Assembly (NCBI GenBank): GCA_963793265.1
Contig: CAWBZI010000005.1
Location: 128,001 to 192,000, forward strand
Source: an uncultured cyanobacterium
Lineage (GTDB): Bacteria; Cyanobacteriota; Cyanobacteriia; Phormidesmidales; Phormidesmidaceae
Direction of reading: 5' to 3'
Length of the DNA: 64,000 bases
Shown here: positions 40,728 to 49,315 of the stretch, in pieces
Layout: every line of letters begins with the position of its first letter
Position numbering within the stretch: the stretch's first letter is position 1
Translations under genes and position numbers: made by a program
The notes under the pieces: generated by a model
What the model was told of the DNA's origin: nothing
Seen by the model: the letters and a program-made list of their open reading frames with translations, nothing else
The model's database searches: none

Positions 40728-42110
40728 GTGTCTATGCTCACACAGGAAATTATTTCAATGGATCTTACCGATCTAAAACAAGCGATTCAAAGCCTCCCTC
40801 AAAATGCACCTGAGCCCGTCGTCAGCGCGCGATTTGTGCCGGTTCTTCTACGGGCATTAGGGTTTGATTTATCCGAGACAGTGCCCCAGTTCGAGACAGG
40901 TCAAGGGCCGGTTGATTACGCAGCCAGGCGCAGCTCAAAACACGATAGGTTTATCGATACCCGCACTCAGCCTTTTTTGTATGTTGAAGTAAAGGGGCAA
41001 GAGAGAACGCTGACGGGCCAGCATCCTCACTATACGAAAACGCTGGTTCAGCTCAAAAGATATCTTTTAGCGCCTAACTCCGAGTCGGTGCAGTGGGGCG
41101 TTATGACTAACTCCCGACACGCCCAGCTATTCCGTAAGCACGGCAAGGTTGTTTATCCGGTCACCCCCTGCCTGGACTGCTCTGATATTGAACAGGTCAT
41201 CAGCACGTTTCGCCGTCATATTGCTACGCCCCCTCGGGCGCTGACGGTTGCGGTATACAACAACAAAGGCGGCGTCGGCAAAACGACCACGACGATTAAC
41301 TTAGCAGCGGCCCTAACCGTGCTCGGAAAAAGCGTACTCGCTATCGACTTTGATCCGAATCAACAAGATTTGGGAGACTCGCTAGGTATGCCATCTGTTA
41401 AGGGTGGAACCCTGTTAGAAGCGCTTTCTCGCAAGTCGGCAAGCATTCAAGACAGTATTCAAACCTACACTTACAAGCATCCGAAAGCGCCTAGAGGCTT
41501 TGCCTTTGATGTAATTTTGTCGGATGCCTCAATGGCCTCAGAGATAGACGAGGTGAAGCTACGACAAAAGGTGAGGCCTGATGCCCTACTGCGCGCTTTA
41601 GAAGCGGTCAAAGATAATTACGACTATATATTGATCGACGCGCCGCCTAACTGGCGAATCTTTTCTCAGCGGGCAGTCTATGCGGCTGATGTGGTGCTAA
41701 TGCCTGCAAAGCACGACAACTTACACTCTTTTCAGAATGCAGCGATGGCCATTACTGAGCTATTGCCACAGGTACAAGAAGAACATATTAAGGACGGCGG
41801 CGCGGGGCCGACAGCGCTCCCTGTTTTTCTCAACAGCGCGCCTTCGAGCATTTCTCACGTACAGTCTGAGATGATGCATCAGGCAATTGTCAAAATCATT
41901 AAGCACAACCGCACGCATAAAAATATAGATCTGACGCCGTTCTTTTATCCTAAGTGGGTGCCGGGCCAGCGCAACAATGACATGGCTCAAATTCAGCAGC
42001 TTGCCTATATTTCTAAGGCTGACTTTCACCATGTCCCGGCAGTGTTTGGCTTTAAGGTCGCTCGCGAACAGTATTTTGAATTTGTCAGGGAGTATTTCTT
42101 GTGGGCTTAA
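40728..42110 (+). CDS. ParA/Soj ATPase with N-terminal HsdR-N-like PD-(D/E)XK domain
   Basis: VDYA..VEVK..QL..YL..WGVMTN, then NNKGGVGKTT, IDFDPNQ, YDYILIDAPP. Confidence 0.82.
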   Translation: MSMLTQEIISMDLTDLKQAIQSLPQNAPEPVVSARFVPVLLRALGFDLSETVPQFETGQGPVDYAARRSSKHDRFIDTRTQPFLYVEVKGQERTLTGQHPHYTKTLVQLKRYLLAPNSESVQWGVMTNSRHAQLFRKHGKVVYPVTPCLDCSDIEQVISTFRRHIATPPRALTVAVYNNKGGVGKTTTTINLAAALTVLGKSVLAIDFDPNQQDLGDSLGMPSVKGGTLLEALSRKSASIQDSIQTYTYKHPKAPRGFAFDVILSDASMASEIDEVKLRQKVRPDALLRALEAVKDNYDYILIDAPPNWRIFSQRAVYAADVVLMPAKHDNLHSFQNAAMAITELLPQVQEEHIKDGGAGPTALPVFLNSAPSSISHVQSEMMHQAIVKIIKHNRTHKNIDLTPFFYPKWVPGQRNNDMAQIQQLAYISKADFHHVPAVFGFKVAREQYFEFVREYFLWA

Positions 42111-42781
42111 GCGACGTTGGTAATTTGCTGTGTTTGCCGTTCGATGAAATTGAACCGGGCGTGGGCACCCAGGCACATGATTTTTTGATTCAGGCAGGGG
42201 CACGGCTACTGCATCAAAGCCAGCGAAACTGGGTGCCGCTGATTGTAAAAGAGACGGGAAGGCATCGGTATGAGGTGATTGCCAATGGGTTTGTGTATGC
42301 CGCGATCGCCCAGGCCGGTTTGGAAGAAGCCTGGTGCATTTTAGCCGATGATTCTGCTGAGATTGCGGCTGCCTCTGCTGTACTGGCTCAAGACACGCTG
42401 CCGCGAATCAATCTTTCAGTGGCCTCTCGTCAGCAAATTTCTACCGCACTAGACTATTTGGTGAAGCAGCCGGGAACGCCTTTGAAAGGGGTGAGCGTTG
42501 CGAGTGCGACGACTCGAATTGATGAAGCGCCGCGTAAGTATTGGAAAACGCTACAGCCAATTACAAAGCTGGGTTGCAGGATTTCGGCTGGGAAGAAGCT
42601 GAAGGTGCTAGAGCAGGTTTTTTATGTTGAGCCTGAGCCTTTGCCGGAGATTATTCGCGATCGCTCCCTACTGAATTCTTTTACTGCCACAGAGCTAAAA
42701 AAGATGGCAAGAAAACGGGGCATTGCGAAGACTTCAAAGTTGAAAAAGGCAGCGCTAGTAGAAGCCCTAGCAACGACCTGA
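42101..42781 (+). CDS. ParB-N-like protein with C-terminal Rho-N (HeH) domain
   Basis: PLIV...RYEVI ParB-like segment; C-terminal T..ELK..A...G....SKLKK..LVE.L; overlaps the ParA stop. Confidence 0.7.
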   Translation: MGLSDVGNLLCLPFDEIEPGVGTQAHDFLIQAGARLLHQSQRNWVPLIVKETGRHRYEVIANGFVYAAIAQAGLEEAWCILADDSAEIAAASAVLAQDTLPRINLSVASRQQISTALDYLVKQPGTPLKGVSVASATTRIDEAPRKYWKTLQPITKLGCRISAGKKLKVLEQVFYVEPEPLPEIIRDRSLLNSFTATELKKMARKRGIAKTSKLKKAALVEALATT

Positions 42782-42883
42782 GGCTTAGGAAATCACTGGT
42801 GAGATAGCGCGCGTTTCGCTTTGCGCCGCTAGAATATAGGAGTCACGTCCGTATTCACCCGCAGACACTAGACCCTACAGATC

Positions 42884-43183
42884 ATGCTGCAACGTAAAAT
42901 TTACCAGCTTTCTTGCGACAGCCGCGAGGTTCAAATTTTTCTACGCGATCAGCAGAGGTGGATTGAATCGGCCACCATTTTAGGCATAGAAGGCGATTTG
43001 GTAACCTTTCGCTACGAGACTGAAGACGAAGACGAAGTGTGCTCTTGGGAAGAAATGGTGCGCGTTGAGAGTATTGGCGCAATTAGTCAGAAGCTAGCGA
43101 CGGTGCCCAAAGGCCCGATAGAGCTATCGCTGACGAATGACTGCCCAGATGCCGAGCAAATGGGCGAAAAGCGAGAATGGTAG
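42884..43183 (+). CDS. Conserved cyanobacterial hypothetical protein
   Basis: MLQRKIYQL..D.REV.IFLRDQQRWIE, recognised from cyanobacterial proteins. Confidence 0.7.
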   Translation: MLQRKIYQLSCDSREVQIFLRDQQRWIESATILGIEGDLVTFRYETEDEDEVCSWEEMVRVESIGAISQKLATVPKGPIELSLTNDCPDAEQMGEKREW

Positions 43184-43193
43184 ATAATCACGG

Positions 43194-44348
43194 CTAATTG
43201 CGACTTGCTAAGTCAAATACCTGACCGTCTACCAGCAGCCGCGTGATACCTTTGGCCTGTAAATACGGGCTAGTTCTGGTAATCAAATCGCCATCGGGCA
43301 CTTTAATCACGCGCTGCTTATTGCGCGAAAATCGTCTGGCAACTCGGTGATTGTCAAACACGGGCAGCGTTTTAGCTGTTCCTTCATTGCTAGGAATTTG
43401 ACCCAAATCAGCAAAGTCGCTCAGGGGCCGCGTGATTAGCTCGGAGCGCATGTCTACGACTAGGTAGCAGGGCTTCGGTAAGACAGCTTCGTCTAAAGGC
43501 ATGACCGATATGGTGACGGTAGGCTGAAGCTTGGGCTTAGGGACGTCAATGCTGTCGTCATCGTCATCGTCTTCCTCCTCTTCGTCATCATCATCGTCGC
43601 CAAAGTCATCGCCTAAGGTTTCGTCAAGACCTAGTAAATCGTCGTCATCATCGTCTTCCTCCTCGTCATCTTCTGAGCTGCTAGCGAGTATAGGAGCAGG
43701 TTTTCTAACGGGTTTGCCTTTGCTGCTGTCTAGCTCGGGACTGTCTAGCTCAAGACTGTCTAGCTCAGGACTGTCTAGCTCGGGACTGTCGGCGTCTTCT
43801 AAGCCTTCGGGCTGTGCTGGTTCATCTGCGATCGCCCCGCCAACCTCTTCGGTAAGTAGCGGTAGCTGCTCATCTTCATTCGTCGAACGGCTTCTGCGGC
43901 GGCGTCTCGACTTGGGGGCCTCGTCTTTTTCGGCGGCTGTTTTTAGCCTGGGGGGCTCTACTTTGGCAGCTTGCTCGTCTGGCTCATTCGCCTGAGCGAT
44001 CGCCTCGACTACGGGCGTGCTTTGCTGAATTAGCTCAGGCATGGCCGTCTCGACTGACTCAACAACCTCAGCAGAGCCACGCTTTTTCTTTTTGTCCGGT
44101 ACGTTCTTTCTACGCCGCTTTTGCTCGGGCTCGCTGCTTTCAGCAACCGTTTTATCGGCACCCGCCATCCGCTTCTGCGAAATCAGGGCGCTGTATTCCT
44201 CAGAGGGCAGCGTCGTCTTTAAAATTCGGCTGATTGTACTGTTGCTGACACCATACTGCTCAGCGAGCGTCGAAGTGGTTTGATTGGGCTGTTTGTACAG
44301 CTCAATGATGTCGCCTTTATCTGAGTCAGACAGTTTTCTCGGGGCCAT
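43194..44348 (-). CDS. Cyanobacterial HTH protein with acidic low-complexity linker
   Basis: LA..YGVSNSTISRIL HTH; poly-D/E tract; C-terminal LPVFDNHRVARRFS. Confidence 0.8.
   Translation of the reverse strand: MAPRKLSDSDKGDIIELYKQPNQTTSTLAEQYGVSNSTISRILKTTLPSEEYSALISQKRMAGADKTVAESSEPEQKRRRKNVPDKKKKRGSAEVVESVETAMPELIQQSTPVVEAIAQANEPDEQAAKVEPPRLKTAAEKDEAPKSRRRRRSRSTNEDEQLPLLTEEVGGAIADEPAQPEGLEDADSPELDSPELDSLELDSPELDSSKGKPVRKPAPILASSSEDDEEEDDDDDDLLGLDETLGDDFGDDDDDEEEEDDDDDDSIDVPKPKLQPTVTISVMPLDEAVLPKPCYLVVDMRSELITRPLSDFADLGQIPSNEGTAKTLPVFDNHRVARRFSRNKQRVIKVPDGDLITRTSPYLQAKGITRLLVDGQVFDLASRN
43726..43790. repeat. 15-bp coding tandem repeat (DSPEL x4)
   Basis: CTGTCTAGCTCRRGA four times. Confidence 0.85.
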
Positions 44349-44399
44349 GCTGCCGATGTCCTTGTGTCTTTGCCTCTCACAGTATGGCAGTTTTCAGCC

Positions 44400-45371
44400 T
44401 TACAACCACTGCTTGCGAGAACGTGTTTGCTGCATCTTAACGGAAATTCCACGTTCGACTCCAGCCCCCAAGCCAAAAAATAACGCTGATAAAATCCAAA
44501 AGATTTCCCACGCTGAGCCCTGCACGTAGCGCCCTCGGCCCACCTCATAGATCAAAAACATATCCGCGACGTACAGGCACAGGCCCGCCAGCGCGATCAG
44601 CTTCCAGGCTTCGGAATAGGTGCCGCCCCAAAAGGCTACGAGCAGGGCCGCGGCCATGACGATAAGCGCGCAGTCACCAATTACATAGAGCAAATCTACG
44701 CGGCTGGTGATGCGGCTAAGGCGCTGATCTATGAGCTGTACAATCGCCGGGGCGGCCTGCTCTGAGCTGGTGACGGTGCCAATAGCTGCGCCTTTGGCCT
44801 GTGTGATTGTGGGTGCGATCGCCAGTTCACTCACTGTGCTATCCACGCTAGTGGTGGCAACCTCGGGCGGGTAAAAGTTCAGCCAGCAGGCCAACACGAT
44901 ACCCACCGTACCCACTGCTGCGATTCCTAAGCTCTGCTGAATATTAAGGTTAATGCGCCGGGGCAAGATGGCATTTAGCAGGCCGAGCGAGAGGAAAAGG
45001 TAGCTGGCGCTGTAGAACACGTCGCCCAAAGAGACAGCGGAGGTAATGCCCCAAATGCTGCGCCATAGGATGACGGTGATGTCGCCGAGGGCGTAGAACG
45101 TGAGGCCGAGTGCGATCGCCTGCCACACCGTCCGTCCGCTCAAAATAGACGCATCTCGTGAGTTTTGCCAGCACAGTACGCTCGATATCAAAAACGCGCC
45201 GACTTTTAGCAGGCTGACAACTGTCGGAAACCATCTTGCATGCAGCGTTGCGGGCAGCACGCTAAAGAGCAAAAAAGCGCAGACAGACAGCAAGGCCCAG
45301 CCTGCACACAGCACCAAAGCCCCTCGATCTGCTTGGGCTATTCCTAAAGCCGCCTTAGTTGTCTCGCTCAC
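44400..45371 (-). CDS. Hypothetical multi-pass membrane protein
   Basis: Seven or more hydrophobic segments; W..IA.G, SLGDVFY. Confidence 0.75.
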   Translation of the reverse strand: MSETTKAALGIAQADRGALVLCAGWALLSVCAFLLFSVLPATLHARWFPTVVSLLKVGAFLISSVLCWQNSRDASILSGRTVWQAIALGLTFYALGDITVILWRSIWGITSAVSLGDVFYSASYLFLSLGLLNAILPRRINLNIQQSLGIAAVGTVGIVLACWLNFYPPEVATTSVDSTVSELAIAPTITQAKGAAIGTVTSSEQAAPAIVQLIDQRLSRITSRVDLLYVIGDCALIVMAAALLVAFWGGTYSEAWKLIALAGLCLYVADMFLIYEVGRGRYVQGSAWEIFWILSALFFGLGAGVERGISVKMQQTRSRKQWL

Positions 45372-45414
45372 GCCCTTTCCTCAAGTTTGAAATTGTTGCT
45401 ATCAGCACCTAAAG

Positions 45415-46059
45415 CTACAGATGCTTCAGCCAAAGATTATTTAATAGAGAAAGGCGTAGCCAGTTGAGAAACACTGTTTTGTCATTAGTCGCAAGATCGT
45501 CTAGAGCGGCGATGGTTCGCGTAACGAAGCTAGCGCAGCCGAAAAACTGGGTGCCCAAACGATGCAGCTCCAGCAGAAGCTTGCTGATGTCGTCTTCTTC
45601 CCAGTGGGGCAGCGCTTCTGTGAGCGGATTGAGGCGCAAAATTCCACCGAAGCCCCCGACGGCTGATAGCTGCTTGGGTGAGATCGCCTCCAAGGCCGCA
45701 CCAAAATCCTTAGCCTGCTTGCTGCCTAGTAGCTGCTCTACATCGCTATAAAGCGCCTGAATCATTACTACGCTAGCTTTGGCATAGGCCACGGGCGCAA
45801 CGGGCTGTAATACCCCTATATTCAAGCGCACCTGTCGCCACACGCTATAGCGAAAGCGTTCTTCGAGCAAAACGCACATCTTACCCTCGTTCTCGGTCAA
45901 ATCGCGCCAAGAGGCATGAGCCTCGGCCTGCTGGTCGGAGCCGAAGACGCTCAGCAGCCGAAAGGTTTTGTCTTCGTATGACAAAATCGGCACTTTTTTT
46001 GCCTTTTTGGGATGTTGAATGCTGGTGATTTCGACATCTTCTGGGGTTAACAAGAACAT
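45415..46059 (-). CDS. Conserved cyanobacterial protein (Npun_F0813-like)
   Basis: MF.L...DVEI..IQHP....VPIL.Y..KTFRLLSVF N-terminus. Confidence 0.65.
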   Translation of the reverse strand: MFLLTPEDVEITSIQHPKKAKKVPILSYEDKTFRLLSVFGSDQQAEAHASWRDLTENEGKMCVLLEERFRYSVWRQVRLNIGVLQPVAPVAYAKASVVMIQALYSDVEQLLGSKQAKDFGAALEAISPKQLSAVGGFGGILRLNPLTEALPHWEEDDISKLLLELHRLGTQFFGCASFVTRTIAALDDLATNDKTVFLNWLRLSLLNNLWLKHL

Positions 46060-46293
46060 GGGCGGTAGGTGCTAATCTTGAGCGGGGCCAAGCATAGCAG
46101 TGGCCTCAGGTTGTGCGGTTAGCGTACCCAAATGCTGCATCAATTAAGATAGGTATTACTAGCACGCCAGAGAATTCGGCAGCTTTGAAGAGATGCGAAT
46201 GACCGCCTAAACAAGCGGGCCAAATTGCGATATATTCGCTATCAGGTGTAAGCTAGTACAGCTAAATAATTAGCGCCCTCGGCTAGCCGATAA

Positions 46294-46367
46294 GGATCCT
46301 TAGCTCAGTTGGATAGAGCAATCGCCTTCTAAGCGATCGGTCACTGGTTCGAATCCAGTAGGATCCG
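46294..46367 (+). tRNA. trnR-UCU: tRNA-Arg (anticodon TCT)
   Basis: Acceptor GGATCCT/AGGATCC, D-arm GCTCAGTTGGATAGAGC, anticodon arm ATCGC-CTTCTAA-GCGAT, T-arm GGTTCGAATCC. Confidence 0.97.
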
Positions 46368-46422
46368 TTGAAAAAATAAATACTTATGGTTTGGGATTCA
46401 CCTATTAACGCCCGTGAGCTTT

Positions 46423-46809
46423 CTATGAAAGCTGCCATAGTTTTTTGCAGTCATAGTCCTGAAAGGCTGAGTCGCGAGTAACGATAGTGACTGCCTCAGT
46501 CCGGCTCTGAGCAATGATCAGCCGATCAAAGGGATCTTTGTGATGCTGAGGAAGCTGCTCTAAATCTAGAATATGAGCAACGGTGATTGGTAAAAGCCTA
46601 ATGCCGTTAGATTGATGATGGTTCACCATTTCAGCTAGCGGCATATTCAGGTTAAGTTTTCCTATCTGCGTCTTAATTTGAATTTCCCAAAGTGAGACTA
46701 GGCTTACCAGCAGCTCTGAACGTTGCAGTAGCTCAAGCGTAGTAGCAGGAATGCGACTCGGCTCTCTGTCCCACCAGATAAATGTGTGCGTATCAAGCAG
46801 TAACTTCAT
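46423..46809 (-). CDS. vapC: VapC/PIN-domain toxin
   Basis: MKLLLDTH, SLWEI, HKDPFDRLIIAQ. Confidence 0.9.
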   Translation of the reverse strand: MKLLLDTHTFIWWDREPSRIPATTLELLQRSELLVSLVSLWEIQIKTQIGKLNLNMPLAEMVNHHQSNGIRLLPITVAHILDLEQLPQHHKDPFDRLIIAQSRTEAVTIVTRDSAFQDYDCKKLWQLS

Positions 46810-47014
46810 TTTCTCCCAGCCAGAATGAATCTGGCAGGGGGGCATCAAAATCGTCTGCCATCCAGTAGGGAGTGTCTTTGTGGAGTCCAGGAGTGGGGGA
46901 AGTGGGCGTGATGGGGTTTCGCTGACGGAGGAAGGCAGCAAAGTTGAGAACTTCTTGCTGCTGTTCGGGTGTCAGCGATCGCACTTCTGCGATTAAAGCT
47001 TGCTCGATACTCAT
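46793..47014 (-). CDS. DUF2281-type antitoxin
   Basis: L.PEQQQEVL.FA.FL and WMADDFDAPLP; overlaps the toxin start. Confidence 0.8.
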   Translation of the reverse strand: MSIEQALIAEVRSLTPEQQQEVLNFAAFLRQRNPITPTSPTPGLHKDTPYWMADDFDAPLPDSFWLGENEVTA

Positions 47015-47088
47015 AGTGTCTGCCTTCGTGACGTGCATTGAGATTATTGTAGCCCTACGCTGAGGCGAGACAGCCGCATAGCAGATAC

Positions 47089-47289
47089 TCACTGCTGAGC
47101 GATTGGAGAGGGAATGGGTTTTCCCTCTGCGGTAGCAGCCTCTAGCCAGGCTTGTTTGGCAATGGCTAGCTCTTGCAAGGCTTCGATAGGGGTTTTGCCA
47201 AAGGCGGAGCAGTAGGTAAGGTCGGGAATATCAGCAATATAGCCTTTGTCGTCTTCGCTATAAAAGATGTTGATGTGATGGTCTTTCAT
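47089..47289 (-). CDS. HicB-like antitoxin without adjacent hicA
   Basis: YS.ED.GYIADIPDL..CSAFG.TP.EAL...W......G..IP.P. Confidence 0.8.
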   Translation of the reverse strand: MKDHHINIFYSEDDKGYIADIPDLTYCSAFGKTPIEALQELAIAKQAWLEAATAEGKPIPSPIAQQ

Positions 47290-47462
47290 GGCTAGTCGTC
47301 TAAAAATAGTAAGGACTATGTTATCTCTACACCTATGCTATCAAGCTGTTGATCGATCCAGGAATTGGCACTTTTCTCATCGGTTTCGATGGCCCGTTCT
47401 GCGCCAATTTTTAGCATTTTCTATATAGTTGCTCAAATTGCGCATGAGGGAAACTCAACAGT

Positions 47463-47915
47463 ATGCTTACTTCAGCTCGCCCGGACGCCTCTGCGTCCGC
47501 CGTTCCCCCTGTCGGCAATTCGTACAAAGCTCTGCTGAAATATGAAAACATATTTGAGGTGTACTGGGTGACGAGCGATTTTCCCTCTGACGATATCTAT
47601 CTGAAAAGCCTATGTGAGCTTTATACAGAGATTGAAGTCGTAGAGATTAAGAAATACCTCGAAGAATGGAGTGCTGGAACATACGCAACGACCGCGCAAG
47701 GTGTGCTAGACCACGCTATTCGAAAAGGGATTGAACCGATAAAATACTTAAGGCGATGCCACAATTTCAATCGCAAAAGAGCGCGAAGAGTGCCTCCAAA
47801 GGGCTACCGACAGGATGGTTCAGCGGTTTACCGAAAGGATGGACAGTATTTGATCGTTCGATTAGATCAGTTCGGGATTGAGAAAGTTGTAAGTTTTGGT
47901 ATTTCCCAGGAGTAA
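47463..47915 (+). CDS. Hypothetical protein: first 20 aa shared with the 82-aa ORF, C-terminal toxin-like domain
   Basis: MLTSARPDASA..VPP.GNS N-terminus; basic C-terminus W..GTY......LDHA..KG.....YL....NF. Confidence 0.6.
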   Translation: MLTSARPDASASAVPPVGNSYKALLKYENIFEVYWVTSDFPSDDIYLKSLCELYTEIEVVEIKKYLEEWSAGTYATTAQGVLDHAIRKGIEPIKYLRRCHNFNRKRARRVPPKGYRQDGSAVYRKDGQYLIVRLDQFGIEKVVSFGISQE

Positions 47916-47917
47916 AG

Positions 47918-48334
47918 GTGATGACAATAGATGATGGCAGCCTCGAAATTAAGAGAAAACATGTTGCTCAGGTGCTGTCGCAGCTCACAATTGATTATCA
48001 GCTTGCGAAGGCTGAGCGTAGGCTTTTATCTGAATCTTTAGGTAGCGAAGATACGGCTTTTACTCTTATTGAAGAGCTAGAGTTGCTGACTGTGGGAATT
48101 CGTGGATGGGGATGTCAGTTTTCGGCAGCTACCAGCATAGAGAATACAAGGGAGGCGATCGCACAGCTAAGAGGTCTTAGGGTCTTCCAAGTACCGAATA
48201 TTACTGAGTTTTATTTTGACGAGTCAACACAGTCCGAGCGATTGAAGCTTTACATCAGTCTGCTAGACTATCTACGCTTGTTGTTGCTTGAGTACTTAGA
48301 GGCGATCGCTTCCGAAGAATCTATTGCCGCGTAG
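47918..48334 (+). CDS. Acidic helical hypothetical protein, possible immunity/antitoxin
   Basis: Starts 2 bp after the upstream stop; Glu/Leu-rich. Confidence 0.6.
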   Translation: MMTIDDGSLEIKRKHVAQVLSQLTIDYQLAKAERRLLSESLGSEDTAFTLIEELELLTVGIRGWGCQFSAATSIENTREAIAQLRGLRVFQVPNITEFYFDESTQSERLKLYISLLDYLRLLLLEYLEAIASEESIAA

Positions 48335-48391
48335 CTCGCACAATCGTTTTATTGCACAGCGCTTTTCTCTCCACATTCACATAATTTCCAC

Positions 48392-48420
48392 TTGACGGCA
48401 GCAAGGAATCAGATTATCGT
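48392..48420 (+). promoter_or_regulatory. sigma70-type promoter TTGACG-N17-TATCGT, copy 2
   Basis: Same boxes and spacing as copy 1. Confidence 0.6.
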
Positions 48421-48426
48421 CATCTC

Positions 48427-48650
48427 TAAGCTGTGATGCCTATCACAGTTGTTCTTGCCAGAACTCGATTTCGCTCAGCACTATCGATAGGTGGTGGAAC
48501 ACCTACCGATAGCTAACCCCCCGGACTAACCAGCAGTCTAGGCGGCTAGAGTCACTTTACTCTAGCCACCCCGATTTGCACTACATTTTCGCGGGGTGGC
48601 TTGGTTTAGTGGGGTTCTGGTTTCCTCAAAAATAAAGGAAATTCAACGTT
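48427..48650 (+). ncRNA. Putative structured 5' leader RNA, copy 2
   Basis: Hairpins CTGTGAT/ATCACAG, GTTCT/AGAAC, CTATCG.TAGGTG/CACCTA.CGATAG, GGCTAGAGT/ACTCTAGCC, GCCACCCCG/CGGGGTGGC. Confidence 0.55.
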
Positions 48651-48899
48651 ATGCTTACTTCAGCTCGCCCGGACGCCTCTGCGCCCACCGTTCCCCCTGT
48701 CGGTAATTCTTCGTTTCCCTCAGGCGATAGCCCCGAGATCGTCACTCACACCATACGCGGCTCCCTTCATGCGGTTCAAGCGACCATTCGCACTTTGTTC
48801 AAGCTCAACTATGCTGAGCCTAACGATTGGAGTAAGCCTGTGCCGACGGGCGATCGCAACGAAGTCATGGTTGTGTTGACCCGTCGTGTAAGACTGTAG
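48651..48899 (+). CDS. 82-aa hypothetical protein, copy 2
   Basis: Paralog of 8211-8459; AAAGGA RBS-like sequence upstream. Confidence 0.75.
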   Translation: MLTSARPDASAPTVPPVGNSSFPSGDSPEIVTHTIRGSLHAVQATIRTLFKLNYAEPNDWSKPVPTGDRNEVMVVLTRRVRL

Positions 48900-48969
48900 C
48901 GCTAGCCATACAGCGAGTTATCCAATGGCGATACGCTAAAACACGAAGGCAAATTGCCAAAAGCCTTAC

Positions 48970-49179
48970 ATGATCTGCCAAATCACCTGCATGATTCGGC
49001 AGATCATCAATACGATCCGTCGAATCATGCAGGTGATTTGCCGAACCATCAACACGATCTGCCGGATCACAAGGATGATTTGCCACCTCATCAACACGAT
49101 TTGCCAGATCATGAAAGTGATCTGTTGAAGTCGCTACGTACTTTGACAAAGTACGTGGGCGATCTGCCTTTCGTCTTTG
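48970..49179. repeat. 21-bp-periodic array of degenerate dyads (YGAT-N7-ATCA), about 10 units
   Basis: Units start at 48970, 48991, 49012, 49033, 49054, 49075, 49096, 49117, 49138 and 49159. Confidence 0.85.
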
Positions 49180-49315
49180 GCAATAAGTAGTCTTACAGAT
49201 AAGGCAATGTAATTTTTGTTGCTTTTGTCGGGCACTGTAATCACAGGCAGAGAACCTGTGAGCTTAGCGCGCTAGGGTTTCTGCACAACAACATTACTAC
49301 CTGGGCACATCCACT

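Noticed and set aside
43194..44348. Transposase (HTH at N-terminus)
   Set aside because: No DDE or HUH domain and no terminal repeats; it looks like a resident cyanobacterial protein.
8211..48899. Diversity-generating retroelement (template/variable repeat pair)
   Set aside because: No reverse transcriptase in the window, and differences between copies are not adenine-specific.
48970..49179. CRISPR array
   Set aside because: The 21-bp units are contiguous and degenerate with no unique spacers, and there are no cas genes in the window.
48865..49190. His-rich heptad ORFs on both strands as confident genes
   Set aside because: Dyad symmetry of the 21-bp repeat explains open frames on both strands, and one ORF has a weak TTG start; coding status is unresolved.
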